The position numbers and the translations under genes are program-made. The notes under the pieces are model-generated. The model was not told the DNA's origin, did no database searches, and saw nothing but the letters and a program-made list of their open reading frames with translations. This document shows, in pieces, positions 9,366 through 18,138 of a DNA stretch of 64,000 bases. The stretch lies in contig PLXZ01000004.1 of the NCBI GenBank assembly GCA_003151615.1, forward strand, positions 46,118-110,117, written 5' to 3'. This DNA comes from Candidatus Tayloriibacteriota bacterium. Its GTDB lineage: Bacteria > Patescibacteriota > Minisyncoccia > Phycocordibacterales > PALSA-1337. Position 1 is the first letter of the stretch. Every line of letters starts with the position of its first letter.

Positions 9366-10175
9366 TTGTGTTATACACTTTCCTGCATGCAATCATCACC
9401 AAACTTCAATCGTAGCATATTCCTCGATTCATCAAGCATACCAGAGATAGAAAAATGGAACAGTACGGGTCTCATTGACGGCGTCACTACCAATCAGAGT
9501 ATCATGCTCAAGGATGGCGTAAAACTGGATCAGCTCAACGACACAATCAAAAAGATTTGCGGCATCATGAAAGGTAAGCCGGTTTCAATTGAACTGAGCA
9601 ACAGCACGGCTTCAGTTGAAGAAATGATTGCGGAGGCGAAAAAGTACAGAGCCCTTGCGGACAATGTTGTTGTGAAGGTACCTCTTATACCGGGTGATGA
9701 AAAAAGTCTTGTGGTTATCAAAAAATTGGGGGATTTGAAAATCCCGGTCAACATTACGGCGATGATGACATATGAACAGCTTGTCATTGCCGCTCTCGTT
9801 TCCCGAAATCATCCCGCTCCTTCATTCATCAGTCTTTTTTGGGCTCGAACAATCGAGGACCATGAGAGATACAGGACTAATGCTGGATTTATGAAAGAAC
9901 ATCCAATCATGGGACCGGAGGCGGATGTCAATGCGCACCCTTCAAAAATTACGGCAGCTATCACTGAATTTTTAGCAAAAGGCGGATACGATAGCCCAAA
10001 GCTCATAGTTGGCAGTATTCGAAATGTGGGACAGATAGGAGAGGCGTTTGCGGCGGGAGCACACATAGTTACGATTCAACCGTCAACGCTCCAGGCAATG
10101 CTCTATAGCCAGCGGACAGTCGAAACAAACGCAGATTTTGATAAGGCATGGGATGCGATTAAACAGCAATCGTAA
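9366..10175 (+). CDS. transaldolase / fructose-6-phosphate aldolase family
   Basis: IFLDSSSIPEI and GVTTNQSI motifs; could supply sedoheptulose-7-P. Confidence 0.8.
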   Translation: MCYTLSCMQSSPNFNRSIFLDSSSIPEIEKWNSTGLIDGVTTNQSIMLKDGVKLDQLNDTIKKICGIMKGKPVSIELSNSTASVEEMIAEAKKYRALADNVVVKVPLIPGDEKSLVVIKKLGDLKIPVNITAMMTYEQLVIAALVSRNHPAPSFISLFWARTIEDHERYRTNAGFMKEHPIMGPEADVNAHPSKITAAITEFLAKGGYDSPKLIVGSIRNVGQIGEAFAAGAHIVTIQPSTLQAMLYSQRTVETNADFDKAWDAIKQQS

Positions 10176-11113
10176 TGAACTATTTAGTAACCGGAGGCGC
10201 GGGATTTATCGGCTCACATATTGTTGACTATATTATTGCACATGGAGACAAGGTCGTTGTCTACGATAATTTTTCTACGGGAAAAAAATCATTCATAGGA
10301 CAGCATAAAAATAATGCCAATTTTACCCTGATAGAAGGGGATGTTCTTGATACAAAGAAACTGGCAAAATCAATGAAGGGCATCGACTTCGTCTTTCACA
10401 TGTCGGCGCACGCCGATGTGCGTTCGGGTTTTGATGATCATTACATTGATCATATGCAGAATCTCGAAGCAACCCATTCGGTCCTGGAAGCCATGTTTAT
10501 AAGCGGCGTAAAAAAGATTGCCTTTGCATCTACGTCTTCAGTATATGGCGATGCGGAAATCCATCCGACTCCGGAAGATAGTCCCATCAGTCCAACCTCT
10601 CTCTATGGGGCCACAAAAGCGGCCTGCGAGCACTATATTCATTCCTATGCCGTCTACTATGACTGGGATGTCTACATATTCCGGTTTGTTTCGTTTATTG
10701 GCGAGAGATATACGCACGGCATCATAATCGATATTTTGAAGAAGCTTCAGAATAATCCTGCGGCGCTTGACCTTCTTTCGGATGGAACGCCGAAAAAATC
10801 TTCAATATATGTCGGAGACGGCGTGGATGCGATGTTTACTGTCATTGAAAAAACAAAAGACAAGATAAACGTTGTCAATATAGGACATGATGAGATTCTC
10901 TCCGTAGATGAAATTGTGGATACTATTCTCGAAGCGGCGCACAGCAATCCGCAGAAAAAGTATCAGGGCGGCAATCGCGGCTGGAAAGGTGACAATAACT
11001 TTGTGCACTTATCAAACGAAAAGCTGAAAGCTCTTGGATGGAAACCACGATTAAGTTTTAAGGAAGGCATACAGAAAACAGTTGAATGGATTCTTTTGCA
11101 CCCCGTTTCTTAA
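10175..11113 (+). CDS. NAD-dependent epimerase/dehydratase family protein
   Basis: VTGGAGFIGSH, YGATKAA catalytic YxxxK. Confidence 0.85.
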   Translation: MNYLVTGGAGFIGSHIVDYIIAHGDKVVVYDNFSTGKKSFIGQHKNNANFTLIEGDVLDTKKLAKSMKGIDFVFHMSAHADVRSGFDDHYIDHMQNLEATHSVLEAMFISGVKKIAFASTSSVYGDAEIHPTPEDSPISPTSLYGATKAACEHYIHSYAVYYDWDVYIFRFVSFIGERYTHGIIIDILKKLQNNPAALDLLSDGTPKKSSIYVGDGVDAMFTVIEKTKDKINVVNIGHDEILSVDEIVDTILEAAHSNPQKKYQGGNRGWKGDNNFVHLSNEKLKALGWKPRLSFKEGIQKTVEWILLHPVS

Positions 11114-11153
11114 CATGTTATACTTTATCCATAAAAGCTAACACAAAAATCCC

Positions 11154-11390
11154 ATGAAAACCGTATCAATATATTCAACTCCGACCTGCGTGTATTGCAA
11201 CGCGGCGAAGGACTATTTCAAGGCGAACAATGTTTCGTACACCGAGTTCAACGTGGCCTCTGATTTGGAGAGGCGCAAGGAAATGATAGACAAGACGGGC
11301 CAGATGGGCGTTCCGGTCATTATGATCGGCGATGAAGCCGTCGTCGGTTTCGACCAGGACAAGATTGCGGAGTTGCTCGCCACCAAATAA
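11154..11390 (+). CDS. glutaredoxin-like protein (NrdH/Grx family)
   Basis: CVYC redox motif, about 78 aa thioredoxin-fold length. Confidence 0.7.
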   Translation: MKTVSIYSTPTCVYCNAAKDYFKANNVSYTEFNVASDLERRKEMIDKTGQMGVPVIMIGDEAVVGFDQDKIAELLATK

Positions 11391-11429
11391 TTTCACACCG
11401 CGAATATAGCAGAGAGGCCTTGTCTATAA

Positions 11430-11501
11430 GTCCTCGTAGTTCAATGGATAGAACAGGCCCGTCCTAAGGGTCTGATGTCGGTTCGATTCCGGCCGAGGAC
11501 A
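11430..11501 (+). tRNA. tRNA-Arg (anticodon CCT)
   Basis: Cloverleaf folded by hand: acceptor GTCCTCG/CGAGGAC, anticodon loop GTCCTAA, T-loop TTCGATT. Confidence 0.8.
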
Positions 11502-11548
11502 CAATATAACCTTTATTTTTTAGGCGTTTTCTGCTAGACTATTCCGGT

Positions 11549-11788
11549 ATGACTCCCGAAGAAAGAGAGATATTGCGGCGCGTGGCGATGCTCACGGAGG
11601 AGAATAATGCCCTTTTGAAGAAGACCCTGCGCCGCGGCCGCATCGGAACGGCTTTTCGCTTTCTGTATTGGCTGGTCATCATAGGCATATCGGTTGCCAG
11701 CTATTATTATATCCAGCCATACGTGGAAAAAATGATTCCGGTTCTCAATACGGCGATGAATGAAATCAACGCCGCGAAGAATTTTTAG
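11549..11788 (+). CDS. small hypothetical membrane protein
   Basis: ORF track; single TM helix; sits between two tRNA genes. Confidence 0.35.
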   Translation: MTPEEREILRRVAMLTEENNALLKKTLRRGRIGTAFRFLYWLVIIGISVASYYYIQPYVEKMIPVLNTAMNEINAAKNF

Positions 11789-11789
11789 C

Positions 11790-11865
11790 GCCAAGGTAGC
11801 TCAGTTGGTAGAGCATTCCCCTGAAGAGGGAAGGGTCACCAGTTCAATTCTGGTCCTTGGCACCA
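11790..11865 (+). tRNA. tRNA-Phe (anticodon GAA), CCA encoded
   Basis: Acceptor GCCAAGG/CCTTGGC, anticodon loop CTGAAGA, T-loop TTCAATT, 3' ACCA. Confidence 0.9.
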
Positions 11866-11870
11866 CAAAC

Positions 11871-11908
11871 AAAAAAACCGCACTCACAGTGAGTGCGGTT
11901 TTTTTTGT
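11871..11908. terminator. bidirectional rho-independent terminator
   Basis: aaaaaaaccgcactcacagtgagtgcggtttttttt between tRNA-Phe (+) and hsp20 (-). Confidence 0.75.
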
Positions 11909-11913
11909 TTTAT

Positions 11914-12420
11914 CTAAAGAGTCTTCACCTTCAACTTCGTCTGGCGGTGCTTGTCGATTTTAGGGAGTTTGATGATGAGAAGGCCGTGGCTTTCGACTGC
12001 TTCGGCTTCCTCGACTTCGATTTCTTCGGGAAGGGAAATGCTGCGGGAGAATGAGCCCCAATAGAGTTCGCGGATGAAATAGTCCTCGTCGCGGGCGGCG
12101 GTTTCTTCTTCACGATGTCCGGCGATAGTTACCATGTCGCGGGTAATCGAAATATCGAGGTCTTCCGGATGGACGCCTGCAATCATAGTTTTGATGACAA
12201 TCGTTTCAGACGTCTGATATACATCAACGGTAAGTTCGGCGTCTTTTTCCTCAGCTTCCGACCAGGCATTTTGGCTGGGGGCGTTTTTTCCGCTCTGTTC
12301 CGATCCTCGCGATCCCTTGGCCCCTGCGCTTTTTTTGATTTCAACCGGCTGCGGATTTTCATCCGCATCGTCGAGCTTTACCGCTCCCGTCAATCTTTCA
12401 AAAAATGATTTTTTTGCCAT
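11914..12420 (-). CDS. Hsp20/alpha-crystallin family small heat-shock protein
   Basis: Alpha-crystallin domain pattern (LTVDVYQTSETIVIKTMIAGV ... GLLIIKLPK). Confidence 0.85.
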   Translation of the reverse strand: MAKKSFFERLTGAVKLDDADENPQPVEIKKSAGAKGSRGSEQSGKNAPSQNAWSEAEEKDAELTVDVYQTSETIVIKTMIAGVHPEDLDISITRDMVTIAGHREEETAARDEDYFIRELYWGSFSRSISLPEEIEVEEAEAVESHGLLIIKLPKIDKHRQTKLKVKTL

Positions 12421-12426
12421 ATGTTT

Positions 12427-13146
12427 TTATTTTTTTAGTTTATTGTGCCTCAGTTCAATCCCTTTCGCTTCCTGAAAAAGGACGATGAGAACGATGACTC
12501 CCGCCCAGACCCATGCGAAGACTTTGAGCGTGTCGACTGCAGTGCTGGTAATTATAGCCAAATTGAAAGCGGCATGCAATGAGATTGCAAGGGCCAATCC
12601 GACCGTTCCGGCCAGGATTTTCATGAATTTGCCGTGATAGTAGACCGTGGCCAGCATGAAGCCGAGGACTCCGGACGCGATGACATGCAAAAGCGTGGCT
12701 CCGATGAAGCGCATATTGCCGGTTACGATCGTGGAAAGGACGTTGCCGCTGTTTATTATTCCGAACAGGAAAAGCGTGTTTTCCACAGCCGCGAAACCCA
12801 GGGCCGCGGTGATCAGATATATCATCGCGTCAACCGGCTCGAACAATTTTTTTGCCCAAAAGGCGGCGACGAATGCCGTGCCGAATTTCAGGATTTCTTC
12901 GATTGCTGCCCATAGTATGTACTGATGTTCTCTATTTGAAGTCAGTTGTTGGACGAACCATTCGAGGGGAAGGGCGATAAAAACCGCGGCCATGCCGAGA
13001 AAGAAACATCCGGCCAGCGTCCTTCGGGGTTCGTCATGGAGATTGTCTTCCTTCAGCCAAAACCAAAGCCACAGGAGGGACGGCACCATTCCCGCGATGA
13101 TACCGTACAAAAATGGCGTATAGGAAGTGAGGTTCATTGGATTCAA
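12427..13146 (-). CDS. PrsW-family intramembrane protease-like protein
   Basis: Polytopic; EEILKFG and AVENTLF motifs plus conserved His resembling PrsW signatures. Confidence 0.55.
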   Translation of the reverse strand: MNPMNLTSYTPFLYGIIAGMVPSLLWLWFWLKEDNLHDEPRRTLAGCFFLGMAAVFIALPLEWFVQQLTSNREHQYILWAAIEEILKFGTAFVAAFWAKKLFEPVDAMIYLITAALGFAAVENTLFLFGIINSGNVLSTIVTGNMRFIGATLLHVIASGVLGFMLATVYYHGKFMKILAGTVGLALAISLHAAFNLAIITSTAVDTLKVFAWVWAGVIVLIVLFQEAKGIELRHNKLKK

Positions 13147-13168
13147 TTCTACCGCCCAAGTATATCAT

Positions 13169-14326
13169 TTAGAAGGAAAGGTTGCCCGCGGCCTTGATCG
13201 GGCTTTCTCCCGATGCGTTTTTTTCCGGCAGTTCAGGCAGTAGGGCTCCCGCGAGCGCTATCATGAGGGCATTATCTCCGGAGACTCCTTCGGGCGGAAG
13301 GAATAATGATATTGAATTTTCGTGAGCCAATTTTTCCAACGCGCCGCGGATATTCTTGTTGGCGATGACGCCGCCTCCGGCGATCAGGCTTTGTACGCCG
13401 TATTTTTCGATGGCTTTTGAGGTTTTTTTAACAAGAACTTCCGTTACGGCATCTTCGAATTCGCGCGCGATTTCTTTTTTCATTATTTCGGACAGGCCGT
13501 GTCCGGGCACGTTGTCCGCGGAGTTTTTTTCGGGTTTCATGGTCGCGTTTTCGTCGGTTTTTCGGATTTCATAGAGAACGGCCGTTTTCAATCCCGAAAA
13601 TGAGAAATCAAGGTCCGGCGAATGCAGCATTGGCCGCGGCAGGCGAACCGAGTTCGGGGAAGAGGGGTCTTTTCGCGCCTGTTCCGCGAGTTCGCTGACG
13701 TGTTGTCCGCCCGGATAGGGCAGGCCGAGAAGGCGCGCGACTTTGTCAAAAGCCTCGCCGACTGCGTCATCCTTTGTCCGACCTACTACTTCAAAACTAC
13801 TTTTTTCGCCCAGATTCAAATTGTTCACCAAAACTAGTTCGGTGTGGCCGCCGCTTATGAGCAGTGCCAGGGCCGGCAGGGCAGGCGTTTTTAATTTCGC
13901 AAAAGAATTGTCGGGCGCGCTCGAATTCAAAAGCGAGCCAAGCACGTGGCCGAGCATATGATTGACTCCGACAACCGGAATCTTCAATTCCTCACCCAGT
14001 TTTTTTGCGTAGTCAATTCCGGCCCAGAGTGCGGGTTCAAGCCCGGGACCTTGCGTCACCGCAATCCGGTCTATTTTCAACGCGCCCGACTTTATTTTTT
14101 CTTCGCCGGTTCCCAGGATTTTTTCTGCCAGAATCGGCAGGTTTTTTTGGTGCTCGCGCTTTGCCATCATAGGGAAGACCCCTCCGTATTTGGCGTGGAG
14201 ATCGGCCTGCGAATGAATGAGATTTTCGATGATGCGGCATTCGGTCGAACCGTCGTCGTGAAGTTTCGTTTCAAGAAGACAAATCGCCGTTTCGTCACAG
14301 CTTGTTTCGATGCCGAGAGTTATCAT
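13169..14326 (-). CDS. tsaD: tRNA N6-adenosine threonylcarbamoyltransferase TsaD
   Basis: MITLGIETSCDETA N-terminus, HxxGH-type metal site; start trimmed to the internal ATG at 14326 to avoid overlap with tRNA-Val. Confidence 0.9.
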   Translation of the reverse strand: MITLGIETSCDETAICLLETKLHDDGSTECRIIENLIHSQADLHAKYGGVFPMMAKREHQKNLPILAEKILGTGEEKIKSGALKIDRIAVTQGPGLEPALWAGIDYAKKLGEELKIPVVGVNHMLGHVLGSLLNSSAPDNSFAKLKTPALPALALLISGGHTELVLVNNLNLGEKSSFEVVGRTKDDAVGEAFDKVARLLGLPYPGGQHVSELAEQARKDPSSPNSVRLPRPMLHSPDLDFSFSGLKTAVLYEIRKTDENATMKPEKNSADNVPGHGLSEIMKKEIAREFEDAVTEVLVKKTSKAIEKYGVQSLIAGGGVIANKNIRGALEKLAHENSISLFLPPEGVSGDNALMIALAGALLPELPEKNASGESPIKAAGNLSF

Positions 14327-14335
14327 GATTTTTTG

Positions 14336-14408
14336 TGCGCGATACAGGATTCGAACCTGTGACCCTCCCCACGTCAAGGGGATGCTCTACCAACTGAGCT
14401 AACCGCGC
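14336..14408 (-). tRNA. tRNA-Val (anticodon GAC)
   Basis: Reverse complement GCGCGGTTAGCTCAGTTGGTAGAGCATCCCCTTGACGTGGGGAGGGTCACAGGTTCGAATCCTGTATCGCGCA. Confidence 0.85.
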
Positions 14409-14456
14409 ATATTAAATTGTTATGCGTTTTCCTACATTATCACAAAAGAATCCTTG

Positions 14457-14543
14457 CGGAAAGGGAGGGATTCGAACCCTCGAGGAGCTTTCGCCCCTGC
14501 CGGTTTTCGAAACCGGTACATTCGACCACTCTGTCACCTTTCC
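14457..14543 (-). tRNA. tRNA-Ser (anticodon CGA), long variable arm
   Basis: Acceptor GGAAAGG/CCTTTCC, anticodon stem CCGGT/ACCGG with loop TTCGAAA, T-loop TTCGAAT, 87 nt. Confidence 0.8.
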
Positions 14544-14569
14544 GTGAAGCTTCACGTTACCATATTTGA

Positions 14570-15265
14570 CTAGATTTTTGAAGCTTTTTCAATAATTCCA
14601 TGCATCATTCCTTTGACTTTATGGAACTGCACGCGGCTATTGATTTTTATTGCAACGGTACCGTGGGGCAGTATGTTAAAAGGTCGTTTTCCTTGACTTG
14701 CCCGGCTTACTTGGGTGACGATGTAAAAACGTTCTTCCGGCAGTCCTGTCGTTACGGACCAAAATTTTCGCGCGTCGGTTGGAATAATTGAGGGATAAAT
14801 ATGAATGCCCGCGCGGATTCTTTCCTCGGGAATTTTCAGGATTTCCCTGACAAACTTTATATATACGATCACCATGGAAGGGTCGGAATTGCTGAAGGTA
14901 AGGCTCAGATTTCCTGTCTTTTCCGATTTTAGTCCCTCTGCCCAATACAACGCCGTGCCAATAAGAAGAAGGTCTTTTTTCGATAGGGAAGGTATGGAGT
15001 TTTTACCGTAAGTATAGGCATTGCCGTTCTCATCCTTGATTCTAGCGGAGCGCTCTTTGTTTGCAGTGAACAGACCGCGTTTATGGGCGATTAGCTTGTT
15101 TTTCCCGAGCAGTTTTTCTGATTTTTTGGAAAGTTTAAGGTTTGAAAACCAATGGCTCAAAGTGCCTTTTGATTTTATGCCAAGGGCTTTTCGTATGTCG
15201 TTATAGCTTTTTCCTTTTCTTCGCAAGGCGAATGCTTTTTTCTTTAAGTGTATGTTTGAACTCAT
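14570..15265 (-). CDS. HTH + single-motif LAGLIDADG homing-endonuclease-like protein; AT-rich
   Basis: N-terminal HTH (KSYNDIRKALGIKSKGTLSHWF); LLIGTALYWAEGLKS LAGLIDADG-like helix followed by beta-rich core; adjacent to tRNA-Ser/Val. Confidence 0.45.
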   Translation of the reverse strand: MSSNIHLKKKAFALRRKGKSYNDIRKALGIKSKGTLSHWFSNLKLSKKSEKLLGKNKLIAHKRGLFTANKERSARIKDENGNAYTYGKNSIPSLSKKDLLLIGTALYWAEGLKSEKTGNLSLTFSNSDPSMVIVYIKFVREILKIPEERIRAGIHIYPSIIPTDARKFWSVTTGLPEERFYIVTQVSRASQGKRPFNILPHGTVAIKINSRVQFHKVKGMMHGIIEKASKI

Positions 15266-15302
15266 TAATACAGTTTATATTACTAATTATAATAGTTCAA
15301 TA

Positions 15303-15330
15303 TTGCCATTTTGCTTTTTTACGATAAAAT
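15303..15330 (+). promoter_or_regulatory. candidate sigma70-like promoter for tRNA-Glu (TTGCCA-16-TAAAAT)
   Basis: -35 TTGCCA at 15303-15308, -10 TAAAAT at 15325-15330, tRNA starts 28 nt downstream. Confidence 0.3.
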
Positions 15331-15357
15331 GTTATTCTATTCCAGTGTCGACAATAA

Positions 15358-15429
15358 GGCCCCATCGTCTAGTGGTCAGGACAATTGGTTTTCAATCAAT
15401 TAACCAGAGTTCGATTCTCTGTGGGGTCA
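15358..15429 (+). tRNA. tRNA-Glu (anticodon TTC)
   Basis: Acceptor GGCCCCA/TGGGGTC, anticodon loop TTTTCAA, T-loop TTCGATT. Confidence 0.8.
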
Positions 15430-15471
15430 TTTCACAAGCAATGGATTCGGAATTTTTGTTATAATATCTTT

Positions 15472-15723
15472 ATGATCAAGAAACGAATCCAAGGTGGTAC
15501 AGTGCATACAATGCCGGCAGATTTGCGGAAGGCTATTAATGCTGACCCGAAGGCGTTCGCGGCTTGGCAGGACATTACGCCGCTCGCTCGAAATGAATGG
15601 ATTTGCTGGGTTACTTCTCCGAAGCAAGCGGAAACGCGGAGTCGCCGGATCAGGGTCGGGTTATCAAAACTGAGAGGCGGAATGAGACGTCCGTGTTGCT
15701 GGTCAGGCTGTTCTCATCGCTAG
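15472..15723 (+). CDS. YdeI/OmpD-associated (OmdA) family protein
   Basis: NEWICWVTSPKQAETRSRRI motif characteristic of YdeI/OmdA; start moved to the internal Met to clear tRNA-Glu. Confidence 0.55.
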   Translation: MIKKRIQGGTVHTMPADLRKAINADPKAFAAWQDITPLARNEWICWVTSPKQAETRSRRIRVGLSKLRGGMRRPCCWSGCSHR

Positions 15724-15765
15724 ATGCCCGAAACATAATTTATAATTTGTTGTATACTTAAAGAC

Positions 15766-16071
15766 ATGACAAAAAATCCTTTTTATAATGCTCTGTTTGC
15801 GATCGCCTATATAATGGTGCTTATAACGTGTTTATTCTTTGTGTCCGCCTCCCGCATGGGTCAACAAGAGAGCATCTTCACGGCAATGGGAATGCTCGCG
15901 CTTCTGGTGTTTTCGGTCGCCCTTATGGCCTATCTTTTTTTCTATCAGCCGGTTCTCATGCTCATCGAGGGTCAGCGTGAAAAAGCAGTCAAGTTGTTTC
16001 TCCAGACAGTGGGAATATTCGCCGTGGCGACAGCACTTGTGCTTCTCGCTTCGTTAATTGTGTCGGGATAG
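15766..16071 (+). CDS. hypothetical membrane protein (3 TM)
   Basis: ORF track; hydrophobic helices. Confidence 0.35.
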   Translation: MTKNPFYNALFAIAYIMVLITCLFFVSASRMGQQESIFTAMGMLALLVFSVALMAYLFFYQPVLMLIEGQREKAVKLFLQTVGIFAVATALVLLASLIVSG

Positions 16072-16165
16072 GAAGTTTGTCTTATAGAGAGGGTTGCGGA
16101 GCCGCACCCTCTTTTTTGTGTTAGAATTACCGCGAGGCATTATAAGCTAACAACCAATTTTACAT

Positions 16166-16381
16166 ATGAAAATAATGACATGTGCCCAGATGGGCGGGGA
16201 GTGTGATGCGAAAATTACCGGAGCGACGCAGGATGAGATGATTGCAAACGCCATGAAGCATCTCGAGACAGTCCATCCTGAAATGGCAGCAAAGGTAAAG
16301 GCTATGCCAAAGGACGACCCGATGATGGTGGAGTGGATGGTGAAATTCAAGGCGGACTTTGCCGCGGCGCCGGAAGCGTAG
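16166..16381 (+). CDS. DUF1059-like small metal-binding protein
   Basis: MTCAQMGGECDAKITGAT...H...HPE pattern typical of DUF1059. Confidence 0.5.
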   Translation: MKIMTCAQMGGECDAKITGATQDEMIANAMKHLETVHPEMAAKVKAMPKDDPMMVEWMVKFKADFAAAPEA

Positions 16382-16495
16382 TTGCTCTGCGCGTTACCCT
16401 TGCGCATATTTCTTTTTCGATTTGTCGTGAAAACTTTATCGAATATTTAGACTTTCTTGTATGAAACTTGATTGCCCGCGGAGTAGAGTTGGCGG

Positions 16496-17161
16496 GTGAA
16501 AAGAATTCGAAAACGAAAATTGATGTTTTTGATTGGTGCCGCATTGGTTGCGGCCGCGCTCTTTTTCATTATATGGAAACTTGGAATAGGTATCGCAAGC
16601 AAGGGCAGTTATTCCAATTCTGATTCATATAATACGACGGCGTGGAAATTCGCTGATATGGTACAGGGCGGCGTTCTATATCCCGTCGTGCGTGATATAG
16701 ACGGGGATACAATTGTGGCAGATGTCGCCGGACATGACATCACCGTGCGTCTTATAGGTGCCGACACGCCGGAGACGGTCGATCCGCGCAAACCCGTCCA
16801 ATGTTATGGGCCGCAGGCATCTGCCGAGGCAAAGAGGATTTTCGGCGAGAAGACGGGCGATGCCACTACGACCGGAGTATTGGTCTATTTGGATAAGGAT
16901 CCTTTGAAAGGTGATTATGATAAATATGGCCGCTTGCTGGCGTATGTTCGGATGCTGGACGCGATCGTTCCTATTGACGGTATTGCTTCAAGTAGCGATT
17001 TGTACAACGACTATATGATTATGCACGGTTTCGCCCACGAATATACATTTTTGAATCAGCCGTATGAATATCAGGTGCAGTTCAAGGCAGATGAGTTGTC
17101 CGCGAAAAAAGCCCATGTCGGGCTGTGGGGGAAATGTCCTACTTCTGATTCGCGAGGCTGA
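16496..17161 (+). CDS. membrane-anchored thermonuclease (SNase family)
   Basis: N-terminal TM; DGDTI...RLIGADTPE...YGRLLAYV staphylococcal-nuclease motifs. Confidence 0.8.
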   Translation: MKRIRKRKLMFLIGAALVAAALFFIIWKLGIGIASKGSYSNSDSYNTTAWKFADMVQGGVLYPVVRDIDGDTIVADVAGHDITVRLIGADTPETVDPRKPVQCYGPQASAEAKRIFGEKTGDATTTGVLVYLDKDPLKGDYDKYGRLLAYVRMLDAIVPIDGIASSSDLYNDYMIMHGFAHEYTFLNQPYEYQVQFKADELSAKKAHVGLWGKCPTSDSRG

Positions 17162-18098
17162 TGTAAATATCCTCAAGGGCTTTGACGGCGTCGCCAGCGG
17201 CTATATTGTTCTGATGGTACAGACCGTCAGTACAGTCGCCCGCGGCCCAAATGCCGGGAATAGATGTGCGCTGATTACGCGGGTCCGTGACGACATTTCC
17301 GTACGAATTGAGCTGAACAAGGTCCTTCACGAATTCTGTGGTCGGAACGGAGCCGATTTCAACGAAAATTCCCGTGACGCCGATTTCGCTGTCCTGATTC
17401 GTTTTTGTGTCCGTGTAGACGAGACTGGTGACGAATTTCGAACCCTTCACTTCTTTCGGCACGGCGTTTAAAATAATTTTTGCTTTTGGGTGAGCGGTGA
17501 CGGCGGCGATTGTCGAAGGATCCGCGCGGAGATTTTCGCTCCGGTTGAGGAGCGTGACGCTTTTGCAGTAGGCGAGAAGTTGCGCGGCGCTTTCAAAGCC
17601 GGCATTGCCTCCGCCGACGACAACAACGTCCTGGTCCGCGAAAAGAGGTCCGTCGCATGACGCGCAATAGGTGAGACCTTTGTGTTCAAAGATGTCTGCG
17701 CCCGGTACGGCAAGTTTTCGGCGATGGCTTCCTGCGGCGAGGAGAACCGCACGCGCTTCGTAGCTTCCTTTATTTGTTTGTATTGTGAAAATCGGTTTTT
17801 CTGCAGTTGACGCGCTTGATTTCGAAACCAATTGGCAGAGTTCGCCGGTTTTAATGTCGACAATCGGCTGACCGTCGGCGCTGTTCGCGTATGCACGCAA
17901 ATGGACTTCCAAATTTTTGGCGAGGGTGAGGCCGGGGATTTTCACCGTACCGACCCAGTTTTCAATGCCTTCGGAAACCGTGCTTTGTCCGCCAAAATCA
18001 CCCGTGATGAAAATGGTGCGCAGTCGTTTGCGCGAGGCATAAACGCCGGCAGCTACGCCGGCCGGACCGCCTCCTATTATCGCGAGATCGTATGTCAT
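17139..18098 (-). CDS. trxB: thioredoxin-disulfide reductase
   Basis: DLAIIGGGPAG, CASCDG redox-active site, GGGNAG NADPH motif. Confidence 0.9.
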   Translation of the reverse strand: MTYDLAIIGGGPAGVAAGVYASRKRLRTIFITGDFGGQSTVSEGIENWVGTVKIPGLTLAKNLEVHLRAYANSADGQPIVDIKTGELCQLVSKSSASTAEKPIFTIQTNKGSYEARAVLLAAGSHRRKLAVPGADIFEHKGLTYCASCDGPLFADQDVVVVGGGNAGFESAAQLLAYCKSVTLLNRSENLRADPSTIAAVTAHPKAKIILNAVPKEVKGSKFVTSLVYTDTKTNQDSEIGVTGIFVEIGSVPTTEFVKDLVQLNSYGNVVTDPRNQRTSIPGIWAAGDCTDGLYHQNNIAAGDAVKALEDIYISLANQK

Positions 18099-18138
18099 AT
18101 GCTTGAATTATATCAGAAAAGGCGGAGAGAAAAAACTT

